Positions 62,633 through 64,000 of a DNA stretch of 64,000 nt are shown here, piece after piece (position 1 is the stretch's first letter; each line of letters begins with the position of its first letter). A program made the translations under genes and the position numbers. The stretch is from Chlorokybus atmophyticus (lineage: Eukaryota; Plantae; Mesostigma and Chlorokybus algae): the NCBI GenBank assembly GCA_009103225.1, contig RHPI01002955.1:30486-94485 (forward strand). Direction: 5' to 3'. The notes below the pieces were generated by a model. That model was not told the DNA's origin. It did not search any database and worked only from the letters and a program-made list of their open reading frames with translations.

Positions 62633-64000
62633 TGTAACAAGAATCAATATATGTGGCTATTCACCGGATAACCACCTGCAAAACTAGCTCCGATACCAAA
62701 ATGTAACGATGCTCGTGCTGATTGAACACCTCACCAGAGCTACCAGCCTGATGAACGAGCTAGGATGCAACTGGGCACACTAATGGCGCTATCACACGTG
62801 CACCTACTCGCAATCAATCAACAACAGTATTCGCACCGTGGGGTTGAACACCTTGAGGGCAATGTAGGCGCCTCAAAGCTTGTGGGGGCAGTCTGGTCCG
62901 TGCAAGAGCTGTAGCAAAAGCAAACCCACGCGCACACTTGCGCCATGGATGCAAACTACACAAGCACGCACACACCGTCCACAACAAGGGCAAATAACTT
63001 AATTTCCGCTTGGTCCAACCTCCCTTACTAGCAGTATACTAGCTACTTATATACCTAAGAGGCTATGCTAACATTGTAGAAGTCAACTATGTTTACTACA
63101 CCGCCAACACATGCCTAGAACATGTGTATTAGCTGTTTAAAACTGCGTCGGCGTATAGAAACTGTCAACGGTGGTCAAATGTCAGCGCATAATGCTTACG
63201 TGACCTTTTTAACGCGCGCCCTTGATGTAGGAATAACCCGGGGACTCGGAACTTAATATAAGCATAACGCGTCAGGCCTGTTAAACAGGGCTGTTTTGGG
63301 GTAAAAGGGCTAGAATTTTAGCTTAAAAGCAAGTGTAATACCAACTTTGTTACAACTCCTCCCCGCTCACAGAAGCTTCATCCTCGAAGCTGCACCACGG
63401 CGTGCATGATATCCCTCGAGGATGGCAGGAGCATTTGTTAAATGCTACGCGGGTTTCCAAGTCGACTCGTACACAGGGTAGCCAACCTACTTAACCAAAT
63501 ACTGTTGCACGCCCTTTCGCACGGCATCATCCACAATGTCCTCCACCTCGAACTTGATGATAAGAACCAGCCAAGTCAATCTTGTTGAAGAATGCAGATC
63601 CAGACAATTGCTCTAACGATTCATAAATACGTGGCAGAGGGAATCTGTTCTTTTTGATGATGCGGTTCAAGCCACGATAGTCAATGCACATTCGCAGCTT
63701 GCCATCTTTCTTCCTTGTAAACAGGATCGGTGCTTCGTAAGGTGACTTTGGAGGTCGTATTAAACCTCTGTGCAACAAGTCCTGCACTTGGCGTTCTGCT
63801 TCTGCCACCTCAGTAGGGGACATCTTAAAGACAGGGCGATAAGGAGGCTTATGATCACCAGGAAGCAGCTCCACACTATGATCAACATGTCTGCTTGGAG
63901 GTAAACCACTAGGTAGACCTTCAACCAGCACATCAACAAAGTCTCGCAACAGCGTCTTCAACTCCGGAGTGCGTGAAGTCTCACCACTTGTCTCCTTTGC
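62633..64000 (-). mobile_element. Gypsy family B copy (RT N-terminus deletion-fused to chromodomain, PPT, LTR 62702-63354, then PBS plus 69-bp leader)
   Basis: ORF 63527-63961 matches the RT of 27148-28100; chromodomain EVEDIVDD..QYLVK*VGYPVYESTW; 653-bp LTR matches 28173-28825. Confidence 0.93.

Overview
Eukaryotic, transposon-dense window, most likely from a green alga or streptophyte. This is inferred from a plant-type PEX11c/d/e gene, GT-AG introns, chromoviruses and TTTAGGG motifs. Only one clear host gene is present: PEX11 (20265-21726, 4 exons). The rest is nested mobile DNA. It holds two Ty3/Gypsy chromovirus families (three copies of family A, one a solo LTR with TSD; two of family B, one with both LTRs and TSD), a third LTR family, a decayed Plavaka transposase and a decayed Sola2-like transposase. 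It also holds three CAC...GTG-ended elements with 2-3 bp TSDs, a complete pogo/DDE_1 element with a Gag-protease-only Copia inside it, a fossil L1-type LINE, and a gag-protease element with split direct repeats (A-internal-B-A-B). The top candidate for a new system is at 4037-8986: an intron-containing Zn-finger/Tudor/phage-type C5 cytosine methyltransferase gene lies tail-to-tail (~150 bp apart) with the Plavaka transposase, suggesting a DNA transposon that carries its own chromatin-reading methylase. All family assignments come from motifs recognised by eye; no database searches were run. The 500-bp (GA)n and ~250-bp poly-C tracts are probably assembly artefacts.
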